This document shows positions 9,177 through 18,623 of a stretch of DNA of 64,000 bases, one piece after another; the stretch's first letter is position 1; the number at the start of each line of letters is the position of its first letter. The notes beneath the pieces were generated by a model that saw only the letters and a program-made list of their open reading frames with translations, was not told the origin of the DNA and ran no database searches. A program made the translations under genes and the position numbers. Source of the DNA: Candidatus Gottesmanbacteria bacterium (GTDB taxonomy: Bacteria > Patescibacteriota > Microgenomatia > UBA10105 > UBA927); assembly GCA_016214885.1 (NCBI GenBank), contig JACRMP010000005.1, forward strand, positions 70,725-134,724, in the 5' to 3' direction.

Positions 9177-10133
9177 TTACTTCAACAGCTTCCCGTATAG
9201 CATAAACCCGAAACGACTTGGTGCATCAGCAGGAAATTCTGTTGTTGAATCAAATCCCTGATGCATTACCGTATGATAATAATCTGGCTTTATATATAAC
9301 GCATATTTTTCGCTTAGCCGGCTCATAGAACGGAAAAGGGTCTGACGGTGACGGCGCTCTCCGAAGCTATGTATTTCCATAACAAACGAGTTTATCCTAC
9401 TGCTATAACGGATAATATCCGGAATTAACTCGTACTCTCCACCCTCGATATCAATCTTTAATAAATCAATATTTCCGGTCAACGATAAGAGCGAACTAAA
9501 AGAAATAGAAGGAACCTTATATGATCGTTTGACATGTTGTTTTGGCAGAATATGCCTATTGGTCGATGACCAGGACGGCGTTAGCACGTCGCTTGCAAGA
9601 TAAAAATCGGCACTCGTTCTTCCCCCATGCGAAACAGCGCGATTGTATAGGTGAACCTCATTTTCTGATGTATCGGCATGTTCCAAATTTTGCGTAATGT
9701 ATCTATATACCGCCGTATTAGGCTCAAATGCATAAAGCTTTGCCCGCGGGTACCTTGCGGCAAAAAACATAAGCGAGTCTCCAATACTTGCTCCGATATC
9801 GACAATAACCGGCTCAGGCGCACTTGGATCCAAGGCGTATATATTTAAATCAAAGATTTCTTTAATATCATATTCCTGACCTTTGGTTCTTAATTTAAAC
9901 AGCATGTAATTCCTATAATACCAGCAGGGATCGGGCCAAAATCCTGTTGTCAAAAATACATAGGAGCTGTAGATTGTCCTGATAAAATCCGAGGTATTAT
10001 GATGCGCAATAATATGCCAACAGGCAAATAACCGCCCGACTCCGCGAATTTTTGGGACTCTGAAATTACATTTCATATTGCCTATAGTACCATGACGGCA
10101 TACTTCACCAAATCCTTTGACGGCGGGCATCAA
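9177..10133 (-). CDS. FkbM-family SAM-dependent methyltransferase
   Basis: Contains VIVDIGASIGDSLMFFA, AFEPNTAVY and LLKIDIEGGEYELI. Confidence 0.7.
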   Translation of the reverse strand: MMPAVKGFGEVCRHGTIGNMKCNFRVPKIRGVGRLFACWHIIAHHNTSDFIRTIYSSYVFLTTGFWPDPCWYYRNYMLFKLRTKGQEYDIKEIFDLNIYALDPSAPEPVIVDIGASIGDSLMFFAARYPRAKLYAFEPNTAVYRYITQNLEHADTSENEVHLYNRAVSHGGRTSADFYLASDVLTPSWSSTNRHILPKQHVKRSYKVPSISFSSLLSLTGNIDLLKIDIEGGEYELIPDIIRYSSRINSFVMEIHSFGERRHRQTLFRSMSRLSEKYALYIKPDYYHTVMHQGFDSTTEFPADAPSRFGFMLYGKLLK

Positions 10134-10194
10134 AAAAAATCCTGATTATCCGACAGTAGGGTACTTGATAAATACCGGAAGGTGGGGTTTGTAT

Positions 10195-10521
10195 TTAACG
10201 ACTACGCTGCATCTGTCCGGCGGGATTTATCGCCACCAAAAGCACCGCAACAGCAACTCCCAATATTGCAAGGCCTACCAGAACGCCGATAATCACAAAA
10301 AGATATTTATTTACCTGTTTGGCTTTGACCGGCAGGCTCTTCTTCCATCCCAAATGAAAAATAAGCCATGAGGGAAGTGTGTTGAATATTAATAGCAATA
10401 TCACCTGAATTTTTTCACCGGTAGACAGCGGGGCGTCAGGTGACGAATTTTTGATCGCCCTGTTCATAAGAAAAAATGAATATGCACACAGGAAAATAAT
10501 TACCAGCAATTGTAAGTCCAT
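10195..10521 (-). CDS. Small hypothetical membrane protein
   Basis: A 108-aa ORF with three predicted TM helices. Confidence 0.3.
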   Translation of the reverse strand: MDLQLLVIIFLCAYSFFLMNRAIKNSSPDAPLSTGEKIQVILLLIFNTLPSWLIFHLGWKKSLPVKAKQVNKYLFVIIGVLVGLAILGVAVAVLLVAINPAGQMQRSR

Positions 10522-10536
10522 ACTAATCCCCCTCCG

Positions 10537-12633
10537 TTATTTATTATAAAGCAAGTTGGGCGTACGCCGTTGGAGCAAAATAAAGGACGCTATATAGATA
10601 CCCATCGCGATAAACAATAACGGACTTATACCAGATATGTATGAAAGGAAACTTGTCATACCCCCGGCAAATGAACCGGCAAAATTACTTGCAAGAACCA
10701 TACGCTTATTTTTTGACCGGGAGAGGATCCATACAAATAGATAACTTGAAAAAAATAACGGACTGCTCAAAAACAATGTGGTAATTAAGGTTTTCCATCC
10801 CTGCGTATACACGTTAAAGCTGGAAAGCGGAACGAACGTGATAGTAATTAACGAAATAAACAAACATGCATACATATATTTCCACATACCTGAATGACGT
10901 ATATACAACAGATTTGCCGCTAAACTCATAACAAGGACTCCGGTAATTGCATAAAGATTTGTTACCCAGGTGTTACCAAAAATCAGCGAGGTCCGGGTAA
11001 TATTCATAAATTCCAGCAGCATAAATCCCGCTCCCAACAAAAACGGCGGCCATAAAAACCCCGTTCCGGATGATGTGCCCCTAGTCAACGATATAAATAT
11101 TACAACAAGAATTATACCGGTAACGATATGGGTTTTGGGTATATTCCTTGATTGCAGATATAAATACGGCCAGTCGTCTGTCAATGAGTTTAATGTGTTG
11201 CTATAGTAATTTAACCGGGGCGCAATAAACTCAGCTAATCCTTCAACATCATTTATCTTTTTATTTAGCAAACCGGAATCCCTGGCTCCGATAAATATCG
11301 TCCCTCCTCCGAAAAACGGTTCATCAACTGAATACACGACTGGTTGTTTATATGTTCCGGCGATTGCCTGGTATAACCGCTCACCAACCCAGGGGTGATA
11401 CACGCCGAACGATACATATATAATCCCGTCGGGTGCTAAGATTTTTTCTGTTTCCCTGAAACTTTCTGCAGTATACATATAATTATCCAGCTGAACATTT
11501 GTGATCATTGAATTTGTAGTATGAGAGTCAAGAAATCCCATAACGATAACATCGTATTGCCTCGCGGATTTTTTAAGAAATGATCTTCCGTCATCAATAA
11601 TAATATTTACCCTCGGGTCTGAATATGGTTTTTCGGGGTGATGTTTTTTTCCCAAAGAAATGACAACCGGATCGATTTCTACTGCATCAACCCTGTCCAC
11701 TGAAGCCCGCAGGGCAGCTGCCACATCATTACCGCCCCCTGCCCCCAATATCAAAACGTTTTTTGCACCGGGCTTTATAAGATACGGTGTGTCGTATATA
11801 TTTTTAAATTTTAGGTCGGATAATTCCGGATCATTTACTTCTGTAAGAAGCTCTTCATAATAACGGATATTTTTTTCGGACAGGTCGGGCAGACTCATAA
11901 ATCCCACATTATTAACGAGAATTGTCTTTTGCTTAGGCATGAGGCTGCTATAAGTTTCTTCCGCCAGCCCAAGTTTCTGGTACGGAGACCACTCCACATA
12001 CCCCTTTGTCATGGACAAAAGGTATGCCGCGGTTATAAGGACTAGGCAAGAAACGGATAACAACCGGTATCGGGGAAATATAAGCATGCACAAAAAAACT
12101 GCGCCAACAATAATGCCAGCATACGGCGATACATTTAATGAAGAAAAGAGGTAAAACAACCACAACCCTACGACAGAAAAAAATATATTTAACGAATACA
12201 AAATAACCGGATATTTTTGCTTATGGAAACATCCCCCCACATACTGACCTATGGGAGCGAATATGGCTATCACCAGCAGCAACAATACCGCTACCTGAAT
12301 GAATCCCCACACAACACCCAACGATGTGGTAATACCCGGCACATGCCAGATGACACTCTCATGAAGCGGCGCGATAAGTCCAGTTATGGATGAAAATATA
12401 TCGAACGCCAACAATAGTGCTAAAAGGGTTATACCGATAAGACTGATAACTAGCGGAATCTTCCGGGTCATAAACATACCGACACTCGACCCCATAAACA
12501 CCGCGAGCAGTATAATATTGGCCACATAGGCGAATATCCGTATTTCCGTACCGATAAGTCTGATAAAAACCAGCTCAAGAAACAAAAAAGCAACACTAAT
12601 CAGCGCCAGTTTCGTTATGTGCTTTTTGAACAT
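10537..12633 (-). CDS. Multi-TM membrane protein fused to a spermidine-synthase-like (class I SAM MTase fold) domain
   Basis: About 7 N-terminal and 5 C-terminal TM helices. The central soluble domain has NVLILGAGGGNDVAAAL...VDAVEIDPVVI...YDVIVMGFLDSHT, a spermidine/spermine synthase-like glycine loop. Confidence 0.6.
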   Translation of the reverse strand: MFKKHITKLALISVAFLFLELVFIRLIGTEIRIFAYVANIILLAVFMGSSVGMFMTRKIPLVISLIGITLLALLLAFDIFSSITGLIAPLHESVIWHVPGITTSLGVVWGFIQVAVLLLLVIAIFAPIGQYVGGCFHKQKYPVILYSLNIFFSVVGLWLFYLFSSLNVSPYAGIIVGAVFLCMLIFPRYRLLSVSCLVLITAAYLLSMTKGYVEWSPYQKLGLAEETYSSLMPKQKTILVNNVGFMSLPDLSEKNIRYYEELLTEVNDPELSDLKFKNIYDTPYLIKPGAKNVLILGAGGGNDVAAALRASVDRVDAVEIDPVVISLGKKHHPEKPYSDPRVNIIIDDGRSFLKKSARQYDVIVMGFLDSHTTNSMITNVQLDNYMYTAESFRETEKILAPDGIIYVSFGVYHPWVGERLYQAIAGTYKQPVVYSVDEPFFGGGTIFIGARDSGLLNKKINDVEGLAEFIAPRLNYYSNTLNSLTDDWPYLYLQSRNIPKTHIVTGIILVVIFISLTRGTSSGTGFLWPPFLLGAGFMLLEFMNITRTSLIFGNTWVTNLYAITGVLVMSLAANLLYIRHSGMWKYMYACLFISLITITFVPLSSFNVYTQGWKTLITTLFLSSPLFFSSYLFVWILSRSKNKRMVLASNFAGSFAGGMTSFLSYISGISPLLFIAMGIYIASFILLQRRTPNLLYNK

Positions 12634-12659
12634 ATCTCTTCTGCGCTGTTGCCGGGAAT

Positions 12660-13487
12660 CTACTCTGCCCGGCAGCGACTTAGGGTAAATGAATCTATAA
12701 CATTGTTATCGATATTTATAGCTTTCCCCGTCATACCACATTTCGTTGCATCCATGTATACGAAATGATATTCCTTCGCATGGACCAATGATGTTTCTGC
12801 CAGCTCACCGAAATCGTACAGCGATGCGCCCCCGCCGCCGGTAATGATATAGGTGACGTTGTTAATGGGCTTCATGCGTTCATATTGGTGTTCATGCCCC
12901 GAAAACACAAAGTTCACACCATATTTATCCAACAGCGGAACAAGCTGCTCACGGACAGCTTTATTTCCTCCATGAGTGCTGCCCGATGAAAACGGAGGGT
13001 AATGAAAATATACAACTACCCATCTTTTCCCTTGAGCCAGCTTGAGATCTTCTTCTAACCACCCGATCATTTCTTCTTCTATCGATCCAACAACATCCAA
13101 AGATATAAAATGAACAGCCGGAGTATCAAAAGAATAATATTTATTTTTTGCAAAACGCGTAAGATACGGACCGAGATTATCCGTCACATAATCATGGTTG
13201 CCGGGAGCCGGATAAAAAGGCGTTTTCTTGAGAATCGGTGCGTATACATCAAAAAAATTCTTTTGCAACTCTTCTTCTGTACCGGCATCGTAGGCAATAT
13301 CGCCCGTGTGGAGAATCAAATCAACCGGATACTGCTCCATAACTCCTGCCAGCTTTATCTGCGCTTCACTTCCTGTGCCGCTGTCCCCGAACACAATAAA
13401 AGTAATCGGGTTATTTGCTCCCTGTACGCCGAAAAAAGACAAAAGTGCTATCCACACAGCAGTAAGATAGGTGATAAAAGCCTGCAT
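12660..13487 (-). CDS. Calcineurin-like metallophosphoesterase (purple acid phosphatase-like), secreted
   Basis: Signal peptide present. Motifs are FIVFGDSGTG, HTGDIAYD, GNHDY, VVYFHYPPFSS and GHEHQYER. Confidence 0.7.
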   Translation of the reverse strand: MQAFITYLTAVWIALLSFFGVQGANNPITFIVFGDSGTGSEAQIKLAGVMEQYPVDLILHTGDIAYDAGTEEELQKNFFDVYAPILKKTPFYPAPGNHDYVTDNLGPYLTRFAKNKYYSFDTPAVHFISLDVVGSIEEEMIGWLEEDLKLAQGKRWVVVYFHYPPFSSGSTHGGNKAVREQLVPLLDKYGVNFVFSGHEHQYERMKPINNVTYIITGGGGASLYDFGELAETSLVHAKEYHFVYMDATKCGMTGKAINIDNNVIDSFTLSRCRAE

Positions 13488-13492
13488 ATTTT

Positions 13493-14923
13493 CTAAAAAA
13501 TAGACCGTGATACCCGCGGCTTAATTGCTTTAAGCGCGGTGTTTACAGAGGCTCCTCTTACCCTTCTGTCAGAATATACAGGCTCACCGCCGGACTCCGG
13601 CCCTTCCGGCGTAAACTGTAACGCTGCGTCGCCGCCCAACGGCATAGTTGTCAGAAAAAATCCGCTGTCGCTAATTAGCTCCCTTCCCGGTGTTGTGTAC
13701 CGGTATATGTAAGGAAACGCCTGACGAATCGTGTCATATGACAACCCCACGCCGAGACTGGCGACAACCCCCCCGGGTTTAAGTATGTTTTTAACCTGAT
13801 CAAAAAATTCAAGAGTAAAAAACCCGCTGTAATACGGATCGATGATGCTATGATCAAGAAGTACAATGTCGTATTTTTTTTCGGTAAACCGGATGTAATT
13901 ACGGAAGTCTTTCATAATAACCCGCGAACGCGGATCGGTGATGACTACCTTATACTCTTCAGGGAAATATATCTCCCCTGCTTCCAACACCGGTCCGGTA
14001 TTTTCTACCGTGTCGACACTGGTTGTTTTTGATGAAGATAAATACGCCGCTGATGAAACGCCGCTGCCGTATCCTAACAGCAGGACATCGGCTTTATCTC
14101 CCACAGCTTCAAGTGTGGTTTCCGCCCATTGGGCATGCACTGATTTATCCCAACCATAGCTATAATATTCGTGCACATTATTTACCGTCATTTCTATAGC
14201 CTCCCCATCCGGGGTCCTCCAGATCTCCACAAGCCCCGAAGGGCTGTATCTGCGGAAAAGCAAATCATCAAAACGGTACAGTCTTTCATTGATGCTATTG
14301 GTTTTTATAATCCACGCAATAACAAAAGCAACGAGTATGAAAATTACTGCGTTAGACTTCTTAACAAAGGGATGAATAAGCAATACGGTGACCGTTGTAC
14401 ACAACACGGCAAATACATAGGCAGACTGCTGACCAAACAAATACACAAAAACGTATCCGTACAGCAAACCGCCTATCACATTCCCCAATGTACTAATAGC
14501 GTAGATATATATTATGTACCGCTCTCCCTTGTGATACAGCAGTTCAATAATGGTGGTATAAGCAGCTCCGGCAATAAATGAAGGTATAAATGTAACCAAA
14601 ATAAAATATCCGATAACAAGCCACTGATGAGGACTTATATAGACAAAATAGTCTTTTGTCGTATAAAAAAGCAGAACAAAAATCAGAAGGCTCGCCTCCA
14701 ATAAGGCAAATTTTCTCCGTGAGTCTTTTTCCTTTTTTGACTTGAACCGTTTCCACAGCCCTACGTACGTACCTATGGCAAGACCCGCTAAAAATACCGA
14801 AATGATAAGCGAATTAGAGAACGCGCTGGAACCAATCACATATACAAATTCACGCAGCAGCGAAAGCTCCAGCATGAGCGACACAATGCCGGCACAAAAT
14901 ATGGCGGTAAATATTCTTATCAT
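13493..14923 (-). CDS. Multi-TM membrane protein fused to a spermidine-synthase-like domain (paralog of 10537-12633)
   Basis: N-terminal TM bundle is followed by DVLLLGYGSGVSSAAYL...YDIVLLDHSIIDPYYSGFFTLEFF...LKPGGVVASL. Confidence 0.6.
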   Translation of the reverse strand: MIRIFTAIFCAGIVSLMLELSLLREFVYVIGSSAFSNSLIISVFLAGLAIGTYVGLWKRFKSKKEKDSRRKFALLEASLLIFVLLFYTTKDYFVYISPHQWLVIGYFILVTFIPSFIAGAAYTTIIELLYHKGERYIIYIYAISTLGNVIGGLLYGYVFVYLFGQQSAYVFAVLCTTVTVLLIHPFVKKSNAVIFILVAFVIAWIIKTNSINERLYRFDDLLFRRYSPSGLVEIWRTPDGEAIEMTVNNVHEYYSYGWDKSVHAQWAETTLEAVGDKADVLLLGYGSGVSSAAYLSSSKTTSVDTVENTGPVLEAGEIYFPEEYKVVITDPRSRVIMKDFRNYIRFTEKKYDIVLLDHSIIDPYYSGFFTLEFFDQVKNILKPGGVVASLGVGLSYDTIRQAFPYIYRYTTPGRELISDSGFFLTTMPLGGDAALQFTPEGPESGGEPVYSDRRVRGASVNTALKAIKPRVSRSIF

Positions 14924-14944
14924 TATTATCGAGATAGTTTTTCT

Positions 14945-15463
14945 TTATTCCGTGTAGTGCCGGCTGATTGTTTTTATTGTCAGAATAACGGGTACTGTCA
15001 GGAATGCCCCCCACATACCGAACAGAAACGTACCCATCACAACAAAAACCAAAAGCACCACCGGATGTACCCCTGAGGATTTGCCGATAAGATACGGAGA
15101 AAGAAAATAATCGATAATAAAGTTAAGAATACCGTACATTGCTATTACAACAACACCCTCGAACAGCACCGACATGCCCGGCAAGAACCGGATTGAGTCA
15201 AATACTGCAATGGCAGAAACAATAATACCCGCAACGGTCATACCCAATATCGGAATAACTGAAAGCGAACCTGTCATCACGGCAAGAAGCAAAGGAAACT
15301 GCACGCCGATAACTGTTAACGCCATCCAGGAGACTATGGTGACCGCGAGCATGAGAATCATCTGCGTTTTTATGTAACTTGTCAGCACACTGATAATTTT
15401 TTCCGGCAGATGTATTTGCGGTTTCTGCGCCTGTTTTTTAGTTATTTTTGTCATATATTCCAT
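14945..15463 (-). CDS. AI-2E family transporter-like protein, about half the usual length (possible truncated gene)
   Basis: A 172-aa ORF whose TM helices and ending (GAFLTVPVILTIK) resemble the C-terminal half of AI-2E/UPF0118 permeases. Full-length family members are about 350 aa. Confidence 0.45.
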   Translation of the reverse strand: MEYMTKITKKQAQKPQIHLPEKIISVLTSYIKTQMILMLAVTIVSWMALTVIGVQFPLLLAVMTGSLSVIPILGMTVAGIIVSAIAVFDSIRFLPGMSVLFEGVVVIAMYGILNFIIDYFLSPYLIGKSSGVHPVVLLVFVVMGTFLFGMWGAFLTVPVILTIKTISRHYTE

Positions 15464-15687
15464 TATAGCAATATATAATTCAACGGGCTTCCGCAGTGTA
15501 TATTACAATTAACGTGCCTTAGGTAAGTTGGTTAAATGCTTTATGTAAGTATCTGCAGGCAAAGGGCTCTATACAATTTTCCCTTGATAAACCCATCCCG
15601 CTCCCGCTTATCAAAAAATTGTTGCCTACCGGGCGCAACAATCTCAGAAGGAAAATTTATAACAACTAACACATGGCATAGCAGGCA

Positions 15688-17109
15688 TCACAGCGCATCA
15701 ATAAGTAACCGGGCAAGATCGCCAATCTCCTGCTCCGTTTCAGTGCCGGGAGAAATCCGTAAAAAAGGCTTCTCATAGTGTGTATGCATGGCAACCGTGT
15801 ACACCCTTGTCGTATGAAATCCAAAACTTGTTCCGTGAACCAACGGTATACCACGTTGCTTAGCTATTTTCATCACTTTTTTGATGTATCCATCAAATGT
15901 CCGCAGTGGGTGTTCTTTCCAAAAAAGCATGAAATATGCACCATTAAACCCATCGCTCTCCGGATAACGGACCGAGACTCCCAAACGCTTTACTTTATCG
16001 TTATGAAAAAATAATCGCGCCATAAGTGCAGCATTCCGGGCAAGCCTGATAATGTACCGGGTGGCAATATGCCGGCTTGGAGTGGGCAATGAGGCTATGG
16101 TTGCATCGGGGCATATCGTACCCGCATGATCACGGTAATCGTACAGCTTCATGGCGGCAAATCCCGTTCCCCAAACTACCCCTGCGGTTACCCTATCACA
16201 ACCGAACTGCAGAAATTTATTCTGACTTTCCACGCCGATAAGCATCACGCCAGAAGGCACCCGCCATTTTCCGGAAAGCGGTCGCATGAAGCTGCTCGCC
16301 GAAACATCAGCCACAACATATGTTTGAGAATATCCTGAACGCTTCATAATCGATAAAAGCACCGGGATATCCACTATCCGCATAGCGGGTTCATTTCCGA
16401 TCGTATCAGCAAATATTGCCGCTGGTTTATATTTATGCACTGCGTCCGCAGTGCTATGCATATCAGAAAAATCAACAGAAACGATACGTGTACCAAATAG
16501 GGAATGCAATAATTGTTTTGTTTCAAAATAGCAGGATTCTCCCATGAGGACTGCAGTATCTTTGGGTATTTCGCCCAACACCATGAGCGCAGCTGTTGTC
16601 AACGCAGCCATGCCGCTGTTTGTTGCATAAGTATAGACGGGGATGGTAAGCGGCAGGGGAACATACGCACGTCTATATTGTTTTTCGAATAATTCACCGA
16701 GAGCGTGCTGATCCCTGGTGTAATCGTTAAAGTGGGCAAGTATTTTCCCTTTTCGGCTCCCCGCCTGGTCAACCACTGATTGGTCAATCGCCGGTGATTG
16801 CCAATGAGAAGCAACAATTACACTTCCCACAATTCCCGAAACAGCATGAATATCGCTAATAATCAGCTGTTTTTCCTTGTATAACAGCGGGGGTTGCATA
16901 CTGTTTTCCGGCGCATCTACTTTTGCCCTGAATGCTTCTACCCTTTTTGTCAGACTTTCTATTACCGCAATGAGAGATCTTACTTCCTGCCGTTGCCGGT
17001 AGGATACATTCCCGCACCTCCTCGCCAGATCGTCTACGAGATACCGGAAAAGCCCGGCATCTTCTCGTAAGTCATCGCGGATTTTTCCGATACACCCACT
17101 CTGCTGCAT
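15688..17109 (-). CDS. PLP-dependent Cys/Met-metabolism family enzyme (CGS / MGL / OAH-sulfhydrylase fold) with ~110-aa N-terminal extension
   Basis: The colinear blocks YATNSGMAALTTAAL, VLMGESCYFETKQLL, IFADTIGNEPAMRIVDI and YVVADVSASSF correspond to family landmarks. The candidate Schiff-base lysine lies in GVESQNKF. Confidence 0.55.
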   Translation of the reverse strand: MQQSGCIGKIRDDLREDAGLFRYLVDDLARRCGNVSYRQRQEVRSLIAVIESLTKRVEAFRAKVDAPENSMQPPLLYKEKQLIISDIHAVSGIVGSVIVASHWQSPAIDQSVVDQAGSRKGKILAHFNDYTRDQHALGELFEKQYRRAYVPLPLTIPVYTYATNSGMAALTTAALMVLGEIPKDTAVLMGESCYFETKQLLHSLFGTRIVSVDFSDMHSTADAVHKYKPAAIFADTIGNEPAMRIVDIPVLLSIMKRSGYSQTYVVADVSASSFMRPLSGKWRVPSGVMLIGVESQNKFLQFGCDRVTAGVVWGTGFAAMKLYDYRDHAGTICPDATIASLPTPSRHIATRYIIRLARNAALMARLFFHNDKVKRLGVSVRYPESDGFNGAYFMLFWKEHPLRTFDGYIKKVMKIAKQRGIPLVHGTSFGFHTTRVYTVAMHTHYEKPFLRISPGTETEQEIGDLARLLIDAL

Positions 17110-17158
17110 ATGTACCGAAGTATATCACCGGCCAGCACCTGCCTGGTACAATATAATT

Positions 17159-18001
17159 ATGAAACGCATCGCGGTAGTCACCTACGAAGGCCGGCCGCAC
17201 CTTACCAAATCCGACGCCTGTATCGTCCCCCTGCTTGAACAAAAAAATGTCGAAGTGGTTGGCATACCATGGACAAAATCCGTTGACTGGCGGGATTTTT
17301 CCTTAGTACTCATCCGGTCACCCTGGGATTATCACCTACATTACCAAAAATTTCTGTCGTGGATAAACACACTTAAACAAAATAGGGTCAATGTGTGGAA
17401 CCCGCCCGACACCATCAGGTGGAACAGTGACAAGAGCTATATGACCACACGGATTGACCCGGCAACACCTACCACTCCGACCATTTTTGTAGCAAAAAAA
17501 GAAGACATTCCGGAGGCGTCACCTTGGAAGGATGTTGTTGTTAAGCCATCAGTCGGTGCCTCCTCATATAAAACAAAACGCTATACGGGCACTGACATCA
17601 AAGGCTGGCAGAAGCACCTATCTTTATTAGTAAAAGACCGAGGAGCTCTTTTTCAGCAATATCTCCCCGAAATACAACACGGTGAGTATTCCCTCATGTT
17701 TTTTGATAAGGAGTTCAGCCATGCGATTATAAAAAAGCCTCAAGCCGGAGAGTTCCGGATACAGCCAGAATTCGGCGGCACTGTTTCACCGGTCGTGCCG
17801 GCGCAATCGGTCATACAATCCGCCCGGCAAATCCTGCTTTCCCTGACTGATCCGCTTTTATATGCACGCGTTGACGGATTAATCGTTAATAACGCATTTA
17901 TGCTCATGGAAATTGAACTCTGTGAGCCGGAGTTATTTTTGGATACCGACAAGCATGCACCGGAGCAATTTGTTAACGTAATACTCAAGTATCTTAAATA
18001 G
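17159..18001 (+). CDS. ATP-grasp domain protein (RimK / glutathione-synthetase-like)
   Basis: 280 aa with a pre-ATP-grasp N-terminal domain and a C-terminal Mg/ATP-binding-like segment (LMEIELCEPELF). Divergently transcribed from the PLP enzyme. TATAAT lies immediately 5' of the ATG. Confidence 0.45.
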   Translation: MKRIAVVTYEGRPHLTKSDACIVPLLEQKNVEVVGIPWTKSVDWRDFSLVLIRSPWDYHLHYQKFLSWINTLKQNRVNVWNPPDTIRWNSDKSYMTTRIDPATPTTPTIFVAKKEDIPEASPWKDVVVKPSVGASSYKTKRYTGTDIKGWQKHLSLLVKDRGALFQQYLPEIQHGEYSLMFFDKEFSHAIIKKPQAGEFRIQPEFGGTVSPVVPAQSVIQSARQILLSLTDPLLYARVDGLIVNNAFMLMEIELCEPELFLDTDKHAPEQFVNVILKYLK

Positions 18002-18121
18002 TGTTACTGTGTCGCTTCAGCCACATATAAACAACTAATATAGCAATGGATTATTTACACGAAGAATGCATACCGCTCTGATGAACAAATGCCCAGGATT
18101 TTAAACCGTAGTGGAAATAAT

Positions 18122-18565
18122 TTAATGCCAGCCTTTTGCCGGAGGCGCTGATGGCGCCGACTGCTCCATAGAAGCCCTGATTACCCGTTCGCCGACGATA
18201 ATATCGTGACGGGTCTGCTCACTCATGTTGTGCTTGGTTAATTTAGAAAGGGAAATCCATTTGGTCTGTTCTTTGTTCGCTAGCTTCTTCGGGATAATAT
18301 CCGTTACTTCTATATAAAAAATATAATGGGTTCCGAATTTTTCGTGGACATAATCGTAAATCGGACGAATATGCGATGCATCTATGGAAGATCCAATCGC
18401 CTCCTCAACACACTTCTTAAACACGGCCAGAGGTTCACTTTTTTTGTCACTTTTACCACGGAAAAGAACAAACTTTATTTCTTCACCGTAAGACTGTTGT
18501 TGCAAGAGAATTTGTTGTGAGGCAGAATGATAAAAAAATCCGCTTGCATAAAATGATTTATGCAC
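18122..18565 (-). CDS. Hypothetical protein, weak NUDIX-like features
   Basis: VLFRGKSDKKSEPLAVFKKCVEEAIG loosely resembles a degenerate Nudix box. Confidence 0.3.
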   Translation of the reverse strand: MHKSFYASGFFYHSASQQILLQQQSYGEEIKFVLFRGKSDKKSEPLAVFKKCVEEAIGSSIDASHIRPIYDYVHEKFGTHYIFYIEVTDIIPKKLANKEQTKWISLSKLTKHNMSEQTRHDIIVGERVIRASMEQSAPSAPPAKGWH

Positions 18566-18623
18566 TTCTCTATTATACCTGGATTAACCTCAAAAGTCAC
18601 GCACAGGTATATAATGATCAGGC

